Of a stretch of DNA of 64,000 bases, positions 42,170 through 52,745 are shown one piece after another. This DNA comes from Gemmatimonadota bacterium. Lineage in GTDB: Bacteria > JBHIER01 > G020348925. The position numbers and the translations under genes were made by a program. How positions within the stretch are numbered: the stretch's first letter is position 1; every line of letters starts with the position of its first letter. The DNA lies in assembly GCA_020348925.1 (NCBI GenBank), contig CP070758.1, positions 4,169,688-4,233,687 on the forward strand. Reading direction: 5' to 3'. The notes beneath the pieces are model-generated. The model worked only from the letters and a program-made list of their open reading frames with translations. It was not told where the DNA came from and ran no database searches.

Positions 42170-43229
42170 TCAGAAGAAGAATGATTCCCGTAACAAAGAT
42201 GTTCAAGAGTGCCAAAGGCAGCATTACCTTCCAGCCAAGCCCCATGAGCTGGTCGTACCGGAACCGCGGTACGGTCCACCGCACCCAGACGAAAAACCAC
42301 AAAAAGAAGAACAGCTTCGCCGCAAAGGCCGCGATCTGGAGCAGCGCCGTGACGATCGGTCCCACGGCTGCCACCAGGGTCGCCGTCGGCAGCCACGGGA
42401 TCTGCCATCCCCCGAAGAAGAGGGTGACGATGACGCCGGAGGCCACCACCATGGCCATGTACTCGGCCATGAAGAACATGGCAAATTTGATACTGCTGTA
42501 TTCGAGATGATAGCCGGCCACGATCTCGGAATCGGCTTCCGGCAGATCAAAGGGCGTGCGGTTCGTCTCGGCAAAAGCTGCGACGAGAAACAGGATGAAC
42601 CCCAGGGGCTGCAGAACCACACCCCAGGCCGGCAAAAATCCGAAGAGGAGGTTCCCCTGCGCCCTGGCGATTTCGTTCAAACGCAATGTCTCGAAAACCA
42701 TCAGAATGCCGATGACGGACAGGCCCATGGCGATCTCATAGGAGATCATCTGGGCCGAGCACCTGAGACCACCCATGAGGGAATATTTGTTGTTGGACGA
42801 CCAACCGGCCAGCAGGACACCATAGACGCTGAAGGAGGCCAGGGCAAAAATGTAGAGCAGCCCGAAATTCACATCGGCCACCTGGAGCGGGATCGTCATG
42901 CCGCCGATTTCCAGCACATCCCCGTAAGGTATCACAGCAAAGGTGGTGAAAGCCACGAAGACGACGAGAAAAGGGGCCAGAAGAAAGAGGGTCCGGTTCA
43001 CGTTCGCCGGGATGATGTCCTCCTTCAGGAAGAGCTTGACCACGTCGGCCACCGGCTGGATGAGGCCGGCGTTGCGCCTGCCGAAGATGGGAATGCGATT
43101 GGGCCCCGGCCGGTCCTGAATGAAACCGCTGCCCCGCCGCTCCAGCCAAACTTCTATGGGAACGCAACAGACCACGGCAATGGGTGCGACCAGCGCCTTG
43201 ACTATCATGATGATGTATTCGAGTACCAT
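42162..43229 (-). CDS. nuoH: NADH-quinone oxidoreductase subunit H
   Basis: ERR..GFIQDRPGPNR, QPVADVVKLFLKED, AETNRTPFDLPEA, PRFRYDQLM. Confidence 0.97.
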   Translation of the reverse strand: MVLEYIIMIVKALVAPIAVVCCVPIEVWLERRGSGFIQDRPGPNRIPIFGRRNAGLIQPVADVVKLFLKEDIIPANVNRTLFLLAPFLVVFVAFTTFAVIPYGDVLEIGGMTIPLQVADVNFGLLYIFALASFSVYGVLLAGWSSNNKYSLMGGLRCSAQMISYEIAMGLSVIGILMVFETLRLNEIARAQGNLLFGFLPAWGVVLQPLGFILFLVAAFAETNRTPFDLPEADSEIVAGYHLEYSSIKFAMFFMAEYMAMVVASGVIVTLFFGGWQIPWLPTATLVAAVGPIVTALLQIAAFAAKLFFFLWFFVWVRWTVPRFRYDQLMGLGWKVMLPLALLNIFVTGIILLLIG

Positions 43230-43230
43230 G

Positions 43231-44457
43231 TTACCTGTCCAATTCTCCAGCGACGATATTCATACTGCTCAATATGGCCACTGCGTCGGCGATGAGGTGT
43301 CCCTTGATCAGTTCTCCGTATGCCTGGTAAACGGCGTAACACGGCGGCCGGACCTTGATCCGGTAGGGCTGCCCGCTGCCGTCGCTGACGATATAGAAGC
43401 CCAGTTCCCCGTTGGCTGCTTCGGTGTACGAGTAAACCTCACCGGCAGGAGGCCGGATGCCGTCGATAATGATCTTGAAATGGTGAATGAGCCCCTCGAT
43501 CTCATTGTAGACGTTCTCCTTAGGCGGCAGCGTCAGCTTCGGATCGTCAATCATGATCGGCCCGTCGGGTAGATTTTCCAGGACCTGCTCCACAATTCGG
43601 ATGCTCTGATACATCTCCTTCATCCGGACCATGTACCGGTCAAAGGTATCGCCGTTGTCTCCCAGGGGTATGTCGAATTCGAACCGGTCATAGTCATAGT
43701 AGGGATAGGCCTTCCGGACGTCGTAGGGCACGCCGGCCGCTCTCAGGCACGGGCCGGTGAAGCCGTAGCTGATGGCATCTTCAGGGGATATGGCTCCGAT
43801 CCAGCGGGTCCGGTCGATGAAGATCCTGTTCTTATTGAGGAGGCCCTGCACGTCTTCGAGTAACGGCTTGGAAGTTTTGATCATCTCCCTGGCGCGGTCG
43901 ATCCAACCATCCGGAATATCCTCGGCCACCCCGCCGATCCTGGTGTAGCTCGTCATCATTCGCGCCCCGCACAGGGGCTCGATGAGATCGTACATCTTCT
44001 CCCTGACCTGAAAGAGATACCAGTACACCGTCAGGGCACCCAGGTCCACCAACTGGGGTCCGAGGCACAGACAGTGATCGCTGATCCGCGACAGCTCGCA
44101 CAACAGCACCCGGATGTACTGCGCCCGCTTGGGGATCTCGATGCCCAGCAGCTTCTCGACGGCCATGGCGTAGCCGACGTTGTTCATGCCAGGGGAGGCG
44201 TAGTTGAGCCGGTCGGAAAAGGGAATCACCTGATGATAGGTCCGGTGCTCGGACATCTTTTCGAAGCAGCGGTGAAGGTATCCGATCTCAGGTATGGCCT
44301 CGACGATGGTTTCACCGTCCAGGCCCAACATGACCCTGAGCGCCCCGTGCATCGTCGGATGCGACGGGCCGAAGTTCACCGGTGTGAGGTCCGATGATAT
44401 CCTGGGGTACGCGGATTTCTCCACGTCCTGCGATCTCTTTTCTGTCGTAACCTCCAT
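43231..44457 (-). CDS. nuoD: NADH-quinone oxidoreductase subunit D
   Basis: NFGPSHPTMHGALR, GYLHRCFEK, DRLNY, GELDR; no NiFe CxxC motifs. Confidence 0.96.
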   Translation of the reverse strand: MEVTTEKRSQDVEKSAYPRISSDLTPVNFGPSHPTMHGALRVMLGLDGETIVEAIPEIGYLHRCFEKMSEHRTYHQVIPFSDRLNYASPGMNNVGYAMAVEKLLGIEIPKRAQYIRVLLCELSRISDHCLCLGPQLVDLGALTVYWYLFQVREKMYDLIEPLCGARMMTSYTRIGGVAEDIPDGWIDRAREMIKTSKPLLEDVQGLLNKNRIFIDRTRWIGAISPEDAISYGFTGPCLRAAGVPYDVRKAYPYYDYDRFEFDIPLGDNGDTFDRYMVRMKEMYQSIRIVEQVLENLPDGPIMIDDPKLTLPPKENVYNEIEGLIHHFKIIIDGIRPPAGEVYSYTEAANGELGFYIVSDGSGQPYRIKVRPPCYAVYQAYGELIKGHLIADAVAILSSMNIVAGELDR

Positions 44458-44459
44458 CT

Positions 44460-44948
44460 CTACTCCTCGGCAAAAGGGGTCGGCCGGCTCAGCTCCTGCC
44501 GCCCGTCCAGGGGATAATCCTTGCGCAGGGCGTGGCCGACGAATTCATCGTGGGTCAGAATCCTCCTCAGATCAGGATGGCCGCTGAAGGTGATGCCGAA
44601 CAGGTCGTACACCTCCCGCTCAAACCAGTTGGCCGCTTTCCACAGGTGGGTCACCGTGGGCACCGTCGGATCACCCTCGGACACCTGGGCTTTGATCCTC
44701 ACCCGCTCTTTCGTCTCCAGGGACATGAGGTGGTAGACCACCTCGAAACGCGGTTCTCGTCCCAGGTAGTCAACACCGCAGATATCGAGCATCATGGCGA
44801 ACGCCCCGCCCTCTGGACTCAGCAGAAAGGCACCCACATCGGCGATCCGCTCCCTTCTGACCGTTATGGCCAGATCTCCCCTGAAGTCACTCACAGCCAT
44901 CACATCCTCAGCGAATTTTTCCCGCAGGCTCTGTTCGATGTCACTCAT
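44460..44948 (-). CDS. nuoC: NADH-quinone oxidoreductase subunit C
   Basis: ANWFEREVYDLFGITFSGHPDLRRIL, LRKDYPL. Confidence 0.97.
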   Translation of the reverse strand: MSDIEQSLREKFAEDVMAVSDFRGDLAITVRRERIADVGAFLLSPEGGAFAMMLDICGVDYLGREPRFEVVYHLMSLETKERVRIKAQVSEGDPTVPTVTHLWKAANWFEREVYDLFGITFSGHPDLRRILTHDEFVGHALRKDYPLDGRQELSRPTPFAEE

Positions 44949-44954
44949 GCGCTC

Positions 44955-45434
44955 TTATTTCCAATCCTTGACCGATTCCTTCTCGATCTTCTCCCACAGC
45001 TTCAATACGCCGTGAATGATGCCCTCCGGCGTGGGCGGGCAGCCCGGCACATAGACGTCCACAGGTATGTACTGGTCGATGCCCTGAACCACGGAATAGT
45101 TGTTGTACAATCCCCCCGAGCAGGCACAGGCACCGACGGCGATCACCCACTTCGGCTCGCACATCTGATTGTAGATCCGCTTCAGGATCGGCACCATTTT
45201 TGTGTTGATGGTCCCCATGACGAGCATCAGATCCGACTGGCGCGGTGAAAACCTGACCACCTCGGCCCCGAACCGGGCCAGATCGTAGTGGGATGAGACC
45301 ACGGACATATACTCAATGGCGCAGCAGGCCGTCCCGAAGGGCATGGGCCACAGGGAATATTTTCTTGCCCAGTTGACCACTTTGTCAAGCTGTGTCGTGA
45401 TGGCCGGACTTCCGATAGCCGTTTCTATTCCCAC
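44955..45434 (-). CDS. nuoB: NADH-quinone oxidoreductase subunit B
   Basis: [27 protein letters not shown]. Confidence 0.98.
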   Translation of the reverse strand: MGIETAIGSPAITTQLDKVVNWARKYSLWPMPFGTACCAIEYMSVVSSHYDLARFGAEVVRFSPRQSDLMLVMGTINTKMVPILKRIYNQMCEPKWVIAVGACACSGGLYNNYSVVQGIDQYIPVDVYVPGCPPTPEGIIHGVLKLWEKIEKESVKDWK

Positions 45435-45781
45435 TCCAATGCTCCTCGCTTCCAGACGTAAAAGAGACCGATGATTAAGATCACAAGAAAAATCCCCATC
45501 TCGATCAGGCCGAACAGTCCCAGCTTCCTGAACAGAACAGCCCAGGGGTACAGGAAGATGACCTCAATATCGAAGACCAGAAAAATGATGGCGATAATGA
45601 AAAACTTGATGGAGAACCGCAGTCTGGCGTCCCCGATGGGGTCGATGCCGCACTCGTAGGTCATCAGCTTCTCCGGCGTCTCACGCCTCGGCCCCATGAT
45701 GTGGGAGAAGACGATGAAGAACAGGGCCAAGCCGGCGGAGAAAATAAAAATGATCAGTAATGGTATGTATTGATTAATCAT
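45425..45781 (-). CDS. nuoA: NADH-quinone oxidoreductase subunit A
   Basis: [25 protein letters not shown]. Confidence 0.97.
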   Translation of the reverse strand: MINQYIPLLIIFIFSAGLALFFIVFSHIMGPRRETPEKLMTYECGIDPIGDARLRFSIKFFIIAIIFLVFDIEVIFLYPWAVLFRKLGLFGLIEMGIFLVILIIGLFYVWKRGALEWE

Positions 45782-45794
45782 CTATCCTTATATC

Positions 45795-47369
45795 CTATAT
45801 CTTCACTCCCTGATTGCCGATTTTATCGTAGCTCAACCCTTTATAGCGCTGCACCTTCCGGGCAATCTCATCAAAGACATCGCTGGCCGATGAATAGCCG
45901 TAATCGTGCCCCATCTTCCGGACCAGGGCCGAAATCGTCATACACCCAGGCAAAACATCCTCATGCCGAAAGGCAGGTCGAATGCGCTGAACCCGGCCCT
46001 CAAAGTTGGTGAAGGTGCCGTCCATTTCCGCAAAGGAAGCCTTGGGAAGAACGAAATGGGCCAACGCCGCTGTCCCATTCATATTCGTGTCCTGAACAAC
46101 GAGTAGTTCAAGAGCGCTCAGGGCTTCCTTGACAAGATTCTTCTCGGGGAACCGATCAATCACATCCTGGCCCATCACAAATAAAGCTTTCAGCTTACCC
46201 TGACGCGCTGCACTCATCATGCGCTCAACATCCAGTCCCTCGCCCCTGCACCCCATCTCCTCTGCCCCCCTGCTGTTCGGACTCTTGTCAGCCTGGATCA
46301 GGAACGCGTCACTGGAGCCCTCGCCCCTTCCGGCGGGGATGAAATCGATGTTCTTCGAACCCAGCACCTCCCTGAAGAATTTTGCAAAGAGATAATTCTC
46401 CTCGTTCGTGCAGGATGAGGAGGCTATGCCTCCCACGGAGTCCGGTCCGTGTTCGTCCGTAATCTTCCTCAGGATTTCTCCAATTGACGACAGGCCATCA
46501 TCCAGATCGACCTGCTTGTTTTGACCATCGACCTTGTGCAGCGGATCCAGGATTCGATTCGAATCGTTCACAAAGGCGTAGGACATCCTGCCTTCATCGC
46601 ACAGCCAGCGGCCGTTCACATCATCATTCTGCCTGGCCCGAAACCGATAGACGGTCTGGTCTTTGAAATCGATGAGCACATTGCATCCCCGGCTGCAGCC
46701 CGGGCAGACCGACTCGGCGCTGTTCAAGCGCCATACCCGGGCTTTAAATCGAAAATCGCGGCTGGTGAGAGCACCAACGGGGCACAATTCCACAAGGCTC
46801 CCCTGGTAGTTGTTCTCAAGAGTTTTATCAATGTAGGTCCCAACCGTGGTCCGGGCCCCCCGCTCAAACACACCGTACTCTTCGATGCCGATGACGTCGC
46901 GACAGAATCGAACGCAACGAGTACAATGGACACATCGGTTCATATCCCGGACGATTTTCGAGCCGATGTCCTGCCTGGGATAACGACGCTTCTCCTCGAC
47001 ATAACGGCTCTCGGCCGCCCCGTAATCGAATACGTAATCCTGGAGATCGCACTCACCGGCCTGATCGCAGACCGGACAATCCAGAGGATGGTTGATCAGT
47101 AAAAATTCCAGTACGGCGCGGCGCGCCTTCTGCACCCTGGGATTCTTTGTGGATACAATCATACCATCGCGCACCTCGGTACTGCAGGCTGTCTGCAGTT
47201 TCGGTGTATTTTCCACCTCCACGAGACAGACGCGACATGTGGCGATGATCTTCAATGACGCGTGGTAGCAAAAATGTGGGATATGAATACCCGCGGTCTT
47301 GGCCGCCTCCAGAATCGTCGTCCCGTCCGGGACATGCACATCAATATCGTCTATTTTCAGATTCGGCAC
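45795..47369 (-). CDS. nuoG: NADH-quinone oxidoreductase subunit G (short form, 524 aa)
   Basis: HFCYH..CRVCLVE..TAC, HPLDCPVCDQAGEC, CVHCTRCVRFC, CPGCSRGC..LCD, TFTNFEGRVQ. Confidence 0.9.
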   Translation of the reverse strand: MPNLKIDDIDVHVPDGTTILEAAKTAGIHIPHFCYHASLKIIATCRVCLVEVENTPKLQTACSTEVRDGMIVSTKNPRVQKARRAVLEFLLINHPLDCPVCDQAGECDLQDYVFDYGAAESRYVEEKRRYPRQDIGSKIVRDMNRCVHCTRCVRFCRDVIGIEEYGVFERGARTTVGTYIDKTLENNYQGSLVELCPVGALTSRDFRFKARVWRLNSAESVCPGCSRGCNVLIDFKDQTVYRFRARQNDDVNGRWLCDEGRMSYAFVNDSNRILDPLHKVDGQNKQVDLDDGLSSIGEILRKITDEHGPDSVGGIASSSCTNEENYLFAKFFREVLGSKNIDFIPAGRGEGSSDAFLIQADKSPNSRGAEEMGCRGEGLDVERMMSAARQGKLKALFVMGQDVIDRFPEKNLVKEALSALELLVVQDTNMNGTAALAHFVLPKASFAEMDGTFTNFEGRVQRIRPAFRHEDVLPGCMTISALVRKMGHDYGYSSASDVFDEIARKVQRYKGLSYDKIGNQGVKI

Positions 47370-47372
47370 CTT

Positions 47373-48653
47373 TTAATTTCCCACAATGGAGCGCTTATGC
47401 TCGATAAAATATTCGTATTCGTTCCGGAACTTCCGGACCGTGCTCAACACCGGTCCGGTGGCGGCATCGCCCATGGGACAGAGAGTATTTCCGAAGATGT
47501 TGTCGCAGATATCGGCCAGGAGGTCGATATCCTCCGGTCGTCCTTCCCCCCTCACGATTCGCGCCAGGATCTTCTCCATCCAAGCCGTCCCCTCACGGCA
47601 GGGCGTGCACTGGCCGCAGGACTCATGCTCGTAAAATTTCGACAGCCGCCACGTCGAGCGGACAATGCAAGTGGTCTCATCCATGACAATGACGGCCCCT
47701 GAACCCAGGGCGGTGCCCAAAGCCTCCAGTGACTCATAATCAAGGGTGACCTTCTCCGCCTCCTCGGCCGTCAGAATGGGCGTCGAGGACCCTCCCGGAA
47801 TGACGGCTTTAAGCCTGTGACCCTCCCCCAGCCCACCCGCAACATTGTAGATGAGTTCTTTCAAGGGGACACCCAGAGGCAGCTCGTACACACCCGGCTT
47901 CTGAACGTGTCCGGAGATGCAGAAGAGCTTCGTCCCCGTACTCTTCTCCGTACCAATGCCGGCATACCAATCGCCACCCTTGGTAACGATGTGCGGCACG
48001 TTCGAAAGGGTCTCAACATTGTTGATGACGGTCGGTCCTCCGTACAATCCGACGACAGCGGGAAATGGCGGTTTGTTGCGCGGGTTCCCGCGCTTGCCCT
48101 CCAGGGATTCCATGAGGGCCGTCTCCTCACCGCAGATATATGCTCCGGCACCACGATGGACGTAGAGATCAACGTCAAATCCCGAGCCGAGAATGTTCTT
48201 TCCCAGAAACCCGTTCTCGTGTGCCTCGGCAATGGCCTGCTCCAAAATGCGGGCTCCCTTGACGAACTCGCCCCGAATGTAAATGTAGGCGGTGTGGATG
48301 CCGATGGCGTAACAGGAGATGATGATGCCCTCTATGAGCTGGTGAGGATCACGCTCGATGAGGACCCTGTCCTTAAAGGTTCCAGGCTCACCCTCGTCAG
48401 CATTGCAGCACAGATATTTCGGTTTTTCCGACTCTTTGGGCACAAAGCTCCATTTCAATCCGGCCGGAAAGCCGGCACCTCCCCTACCCCTGACACCCGA
48501 TTTCTTGACTTCTTCGACGATCTCGCCGGGCTTCATCTCCTTCAGGGCTTTGACCAGAGCCTTGTAACCACCGCTCTCTCTGTAAACACCGATGGACTCC
48601 GAATTGGGGCGGTCTACATTCTGTAATAAAATAATCTCAGAACTGTTCATCAC
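47373..48653 (-). CDS. nuoF: NADH-quinone oxidoreductase subunit F
   Basis: GRGGAGFP, NADEGEPG, GAGAYICGEET, ESCGQCTPCREG. Confidence 0.97.
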   Translation of the reverse strand: MMNSSEIILLQNVDRPNSESIGVYRESGGYKALVKALKEMKPGEIVEEVKKSGVRGRGGAGFPAGLKWSFVPKESEKPKYLCCNADEGEPGTFKDRVLIERDPHQLIEGIIISCYAIGIHTAYIYIRGEFVKGARILEQAIAEAHENGFLGKNILGSGFDVDLYVHRGAGAYICGEETALMESLEGKRGNPRNKPPFPAVVGLYGGPTVINNVETLSNVPHIVTKGGDWYAGIGTEKSTGTKLFCISGHVQKPGVYELPLGVPLKELIYNVAGGLGEGHRLKAVIPGGSSTPILTAEEAEKVTLDYESLEALGTALGSGAVIVMDETTCIVRSTWRLSKFYEHESCGQCTPCREGTAWMEKILARIVRGEGRPEDIDLLADICDNIFGNTLCPMGDAATGPVLSTVRKFRNEYEYFIEHKRSIVGN

Positions 48654-49135
48654 TCTGAATTTCTTCTCAACTGGTCGAGGAGCGCATCGAGCTTTTCGAT
48701 CGTCAGATCCTCATAATAATCATCATTCACCATCATAACGGGCGCGTTTCCGCAGGCACCAAGACACTCAACTTCAATGAGGGTGAAGAGACCATCGGCC
48801 GTTGTTTCCCCAACCTTGATTCCCAAGGTCTCTCCGAGATAGGTTACCAGTTTCTCCGCCCCCAAGAGGGAACAGGAGACATTGGTACAGACTTGCAGGA
48901 GGTATTTCCCGACCTCCTGCCGCTGATACATTGTATAAAAGCTGACACCCCGGTAGACACGAACGTGGGGCAGGCCGAGAAGTCCGGCAATAGCATCCAT
49001 CCGATCAACGGTGAAAGAACCGAACTCCTTCTGGGCGAGATGAAGGGTAGGCAGTAACGCGGATTCCTTGTCCGGATATCGTGTGAGAATATTTTCGAAA
49101 GCTTTTTTACCTTCAGCGGAAAACTCGAATGCCAT
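48650..49135 (-). CDS. nuoE: NADH-quinone oxidoreductase subunit E
   Basis: SFYTMY, CTNVSC, ECLGACGNAP. Confidence 0.96.
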   Translation of the reverse strand: MAFEFSAEGKKAFENILTRYPDKESALLPTLHLAQKEFGSFTVDRMDAIAGLLGLPHVRVYRGVSFYTMYQRQEVGKYLLQVCTNVSCSLLGAEKLVTYLGETLGIKVGETTADGLFTLIEVECLGACGNAPVMMVNDDYYEDLTIEKLDALLDQLRRNSE

Positions 49136-49835
49136 AATGCGTCAACATTGGAAAAAATATAATCTATCACTCATCACAGTGTAAGGCGCTACAGTATAGA
49201 GCACGATGGGTTAACACGCCACCCTTTTGAGCCCTCAAAAATAGAACAGATAATATAATATATCGACCGCAAAGATGCAAAATATCTTTTCTGAAAATCG
49301 GAAAAATTTTGATCCACTTCTCGAAGAGAACGCATCAATTTAAAAAGAGATGATCGGGAATCGTATCCATTCGGCACAAAGTTTCCCGAATGTAGTGAAG
49401 GCTGAATGCAATCGGAAAGACGAGGTTTCTTTATCCGGCATTTCTGGGGGACGGATGATCAATGTCAACAGCAGTTTTCAAACAGCTATAAATTATGTTT
49501 GGGTAAAAGCCATCGCAATTGTACTGGAAATGACTGACAACGAGATGACGGTCCTCACGAAATAAGGAAGCCTGTATCATAAGAATAATAGGCACACTGA
49601 CACCTTTCTTGAGACCACCGAGAAAAACTCAGGAACTATTTTTCACCGTAAGCTCAAGCGGTAGCGTGGCGGTTCGTGCACAGACATGGAAATCCGGTAT
49701 AACTCTATAGAAAATAATGAATCCATATAGGTATCAACGAACGATTTTCGTGCAATTTTTGTGTCAATTACCTTGTCTTTTTCCGAAAATCGGAACGGAA
49801 AATGACTGTTTCACCAGGACATCGATACGATATGA

Positions 49836-51794
49836 TCATTTCCTCTCATTTTTTTGGACGTTCTTCAACAAAACCTCATATTCAAGAGGATGCTCCTTGA
49901 TCATTTCCTCCTCTGAAATTCTGCCCGTAATACATGTGGTTTTCATGGGAAAGGTTTCCGGATCAAAGAAGACGAAGTAGAAATGCCACACAATAATAGC
50001 CAGGGTGGCTAGGATTGCTTCATAGTAGTGAACGACAGTAGCGACGTCCATGATAACTTTTGGAAATGTTTTCATGGCTGCATTCTCGAACCACAGGATG
50101 AGGCCTGAAACCCCCATGACGAATGTTCCCCAAACGAGGGCCCAATACTCCGCTTTTTCGGCATAATTGTACCGCCCGTACTTCGGTCTCTCTTTGGAAA
50201 GCCCCACCAGGTAGAGAAACATTTGGACGACATCCCGCATATCCTGAAAATTTGGAAGAAGCGCCACAATCTGTTCACGGCCCCGTTTTGTGAAGGCTAT
50301 GTAAAAGGCATGATATACTGCCAGGATGATAAAAATCCCCCCTGCCAGTCGGTGCACAAACCCACGCAGGGCGAACATTCCAGGGATTTTCAGCAGGGGA
50401 GCAACCAACCAGCATTCAGGGAATTTTAATGCGAAGCCCGTAATAACGAGGATAAAGAAGCTGGTGAACAAGATGAAATGTTGCACCCGCTCATTGAGTG
50501 TCAGTCGGACAAACTCCTTATCGCCTAAGGTTTCAGGTTCGTGTTCACGAATTCCTTTAAATTTGGCGATGATTTTCTTGAGCAGATCCAAACCATTATG
50601 TAGGAGCATTCCCCCGATCACACACACTATGAGAATGATGTAAACGGCAGTGAGATAGTATATGGTTTTGTCTCTCTGGGGGGAGGGTAGAAGGTGAATG
50701 GACCCAACGGCCACCTTCTCACCGACGTCAGGATGGCATCTCCCGCAGGTTGCAGGGAGATTGGCTTTGTTGACAGAGGAGCTCGGATCATCGTGCGGTC
50801 TGATATCATGGAGGCCGTGACAGTCCCCACAGGTGGCCGTTTTCGCGTCGCCGGACCTCGCTGCCAAGCCGTGGAAATCATCCAAATAACTTTCAACAAT
50901 GCCCGGGGTGAGTCCGTACTTGGCAAGAATTCTGTCGGAACTGTGGCACCAGATGCAATCACCGACCGAAGGATCTCCCTTGTAGAGGAGCTCACCCGTC
51001 TCCCAAGGTTTCGAAAAGACGTGCTCCCCGTGACAATCACTGCACGTCGGTGCATCCGCGGCACCGGCCAGAACGGCCTTGGCATGGATCCCTTCCAGGT
51101 AAGCATCCTGTTCTTCAGGATGGCACGATCCGCATGTTTTGTGGATTTTGAGCCGATTGATCATCGACTCCGGGTCAGTGGCCGACTTCAAAGTGTGACT
51201 GCCATGGCAATCGTTACAGGCGGCTGCTCCAAACGACTCATTTTCCGTAAGTGCGACAAAATGGATGCCGTTCTTGTATCCATCTGTTGGATAGGGTCCA
51301 GGCGTCGACAGCTGCTCAACGTGCCGATGATCGGCATGGCACTTCGCACACATCTGGACAATGTTGGGAGGATACAACTTCGACTTCTCATCATCCTCCG
51401 TCAGAATATAATGGGCACCATGACACCCAGAGCACGTGGGAGCATCCTTCACCTTCTTGGCCAGAGCCTTTCCGTGGAGACTCTCCGCATAGAGTTCCTG
51501 AGCATCATCGTGACAGAGACCGCAATCAACAGGACCCGATGTCTCACCGGGGTGTGTTTCCATATCAACGTCGGTGTGGCAGCCACCACACTCAACGGGA
51601 CCATGAACGGACTCTAAGAACCGCTCCTCGTCTACAAAGAGAGAAATTTCAACACCCTCTTCCGTCTCCATGGTCAACGTACTGTCCCCGTGGCAGGCAG
51701 AGCAATCGTTATCCGGACCGGCCGCAGCCGGTGTTGCTCCAAGAAACAAAAAATACACAGGAAACATCCACATGAAAGGTCTTGGGAAACGCAT
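49836..51794 (-). CDS. Multiheme cytochrome c (11 CxxCH) fused to an FdnI-like b-type cytochrome membrane domain (CbcL-like)
   Basis: Signal peptide; 11 CxxCH counted; TM domain ERVQH, FVHR, GRYNYAEK.EYWA, VHYYEA..WHFY. Confidence 0.88.
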   Translation of the reverse strand: MRFPRPFMWMFPVYFLFLGATPAAAGPDNDCSACHGDSTLTMETEEGVEISLFVDEERFLESVHGPVECGGCHTDVDMETHPGETSGPVDCGLCHDDAQELYAESLHGKALAKKVKDAPTCSGCHGAHYILTEDDEKSKLYPPNIVQMCAKCHADHRHVEQLSTPGPYPTDGYKNGIHFVALTENESFGAAACNDCHGSHTLKSATDPESMINRLKIHKTCGSCHPEEQDAYLEGIHAKAVLAGAADAPTCSDCHGEHVFSKPWETGELLYKGDPSVGDCIWCHSSDRILAKYGLTPGIVESYLDDFHGLAARSGDAKTATCGDCHGLHDIRPHDDPSSSVNKANLPATCGRCHPDVGEKVAVGSIHLLPSPQRDKTIYYLTAVYIILIVCVIGGMLLHNGLDLLKKIIAKFKGIREHEPETLGDKEFVRLTLNERVQHFILFTSFFILVITGFALKFPECWLVAPLLKIPGMFALRGFVHRLAGGIFIILAVYHAFYIAFTKRGREQIVALLPNFQDMRDVVQMFLYLVGLSKERPKYGRYNYAEKAEYWALVWGTFVMGVSGLILWFENAAMKTFPKVIMDVATVVHYYEAILATLAIIVWHFYFVFFDPETFPMKTTCITGRISEEEMIKEHPLEYEVLLKNVQKNERK

Positions 51795-52025
51795 TGATTT
51801 ACTCCATCTGCATCGTCTTTTTTGTTATCACAATGATCAACTTTAATAATTATGGTAGCTTGATTGCTCAATACCATCGTTCAAAGGATTTAAATATATA
51901 AAAAATTGATTTGGTATGCATTAAGAAATCTGGTTTTTTGTATGATTGAGAATAAAAAAGGGGGACACACTACTCTGGGAGTGAAGTGATTACAATGAAG
52001 AGTTCATCAGGGGTGGGTTGGATGC

Positions 52026-52065
52026 CACTGTCGCCGGGATCACACAAAGGATCCCGGCGACAGTG
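52026..52065 (-). terminator. Perfect 16-bp hairpin after the tetraheme cytochrome gene (terminator or mRNA stabiliser)
   Basis: cactgtcgccgggatc-N8-gatcccggcgacagtg; no clear U-tract. Confidence 0.55.
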
Positions 52066-52074
52066 TCCAACACG

Positions 52075-52686
52075 TTACTCCTTTTTTTCGGTCTCTTCAG
52101 GAGGGTACGGATGCGCTATTGCCTGAACGGCTTCTTTGAATTTGAAAGGTTTGTACGTCGGACTGTTTTTGTTGTGGCATGTCACGCAGAGTTCCTCGGT
52201 CTGGTCCCACAGACCCACTTCCTTGCGATCCTGTGTTCCTGCTCTCAAAGCTTTCATCACCTTGTTCGACCAATAGTCCGAACCCGGACCGTGACAGGCT
52301 TCGCAACTCACACCCTCCTCGTACGTCAGGCGTTCGCTCTTGAGGCTGTCAGGAACTCCATATGCTGTCACATGACAGGGCAAACACTCGGCGGCCTTCT
52401 GGGGTTCCGTCTTCAGCTCGAGCTTCTTGGCGAGTTCAAGAGACTGTTCGCTCGCCAATTCCGCAAATGCCTTGGCGTGAGGTCCACTCTCCCACACCTT
52501 GGATTGGGCGCCGATCTTACTTCCCAAGTGGCATGGTTTGCATTTCTTATACCCGACATACGAGAAAACCTTTTCAGGAGCTTTTATCTTCTCGGTCTTG
52601 GCCTCCTCCTGATCGCTGCACATGGTGCCCACTGCAAATATGAGACCCATGGCAACGAGTACGGCCAAGAGTTTTAAAAATCTCAT
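52075..52686 (-). CDS. Tetraheme cytochrome c (c554-like), possible lipoprotein
   Basis: YVG..KCKPCH, W..GPHAKAF, CLPCH, EGVSCEACHGPGS, CVTCH; signal peptide ending near a Cys. Confidence 0.85.
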   Translation of the reverse strand: MRFLKLLAVLVAMGLIFAVGTMCSDQEEAKTEKIKAPEKVFSYVGYKKCKPCHLGSKIGAQSKVWESGPHAKAFAELASEQSLELAKKLELKTEPQKAAECLPCHVTAYGVPDSLKSERLTYEEGVSCEACHGPGSDYWSNKVMKALRAGTQDRKEVGLWDQTEELCVTCHNKNSPTYKPFKFKEAVQAIAHPYPPEETEKKE

Positions 52687-52745
52687 ATGGTACCCTCCTT
52701 TCCATACATCTCCGTTCCAGAAGGGACGGGTAAACGACTCTAAGC

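Noticed and set aside
43231-45434. Group 4 NiFe hydrogenase / formate hydrogenlyase interpretation
   Set aside because: The large subunit lacks both Ni-binding CxxC motifs; NuoB has the tandem CC and a full nuoA-N set is present
49136-49835. 700-bp spacer before nuoE as ncRNA or sigma54 promoter
   Set aside because: No recognisable RNA family; TTGACAC-N5-TTGCA lacks the invariant GG of sigma54 promoters
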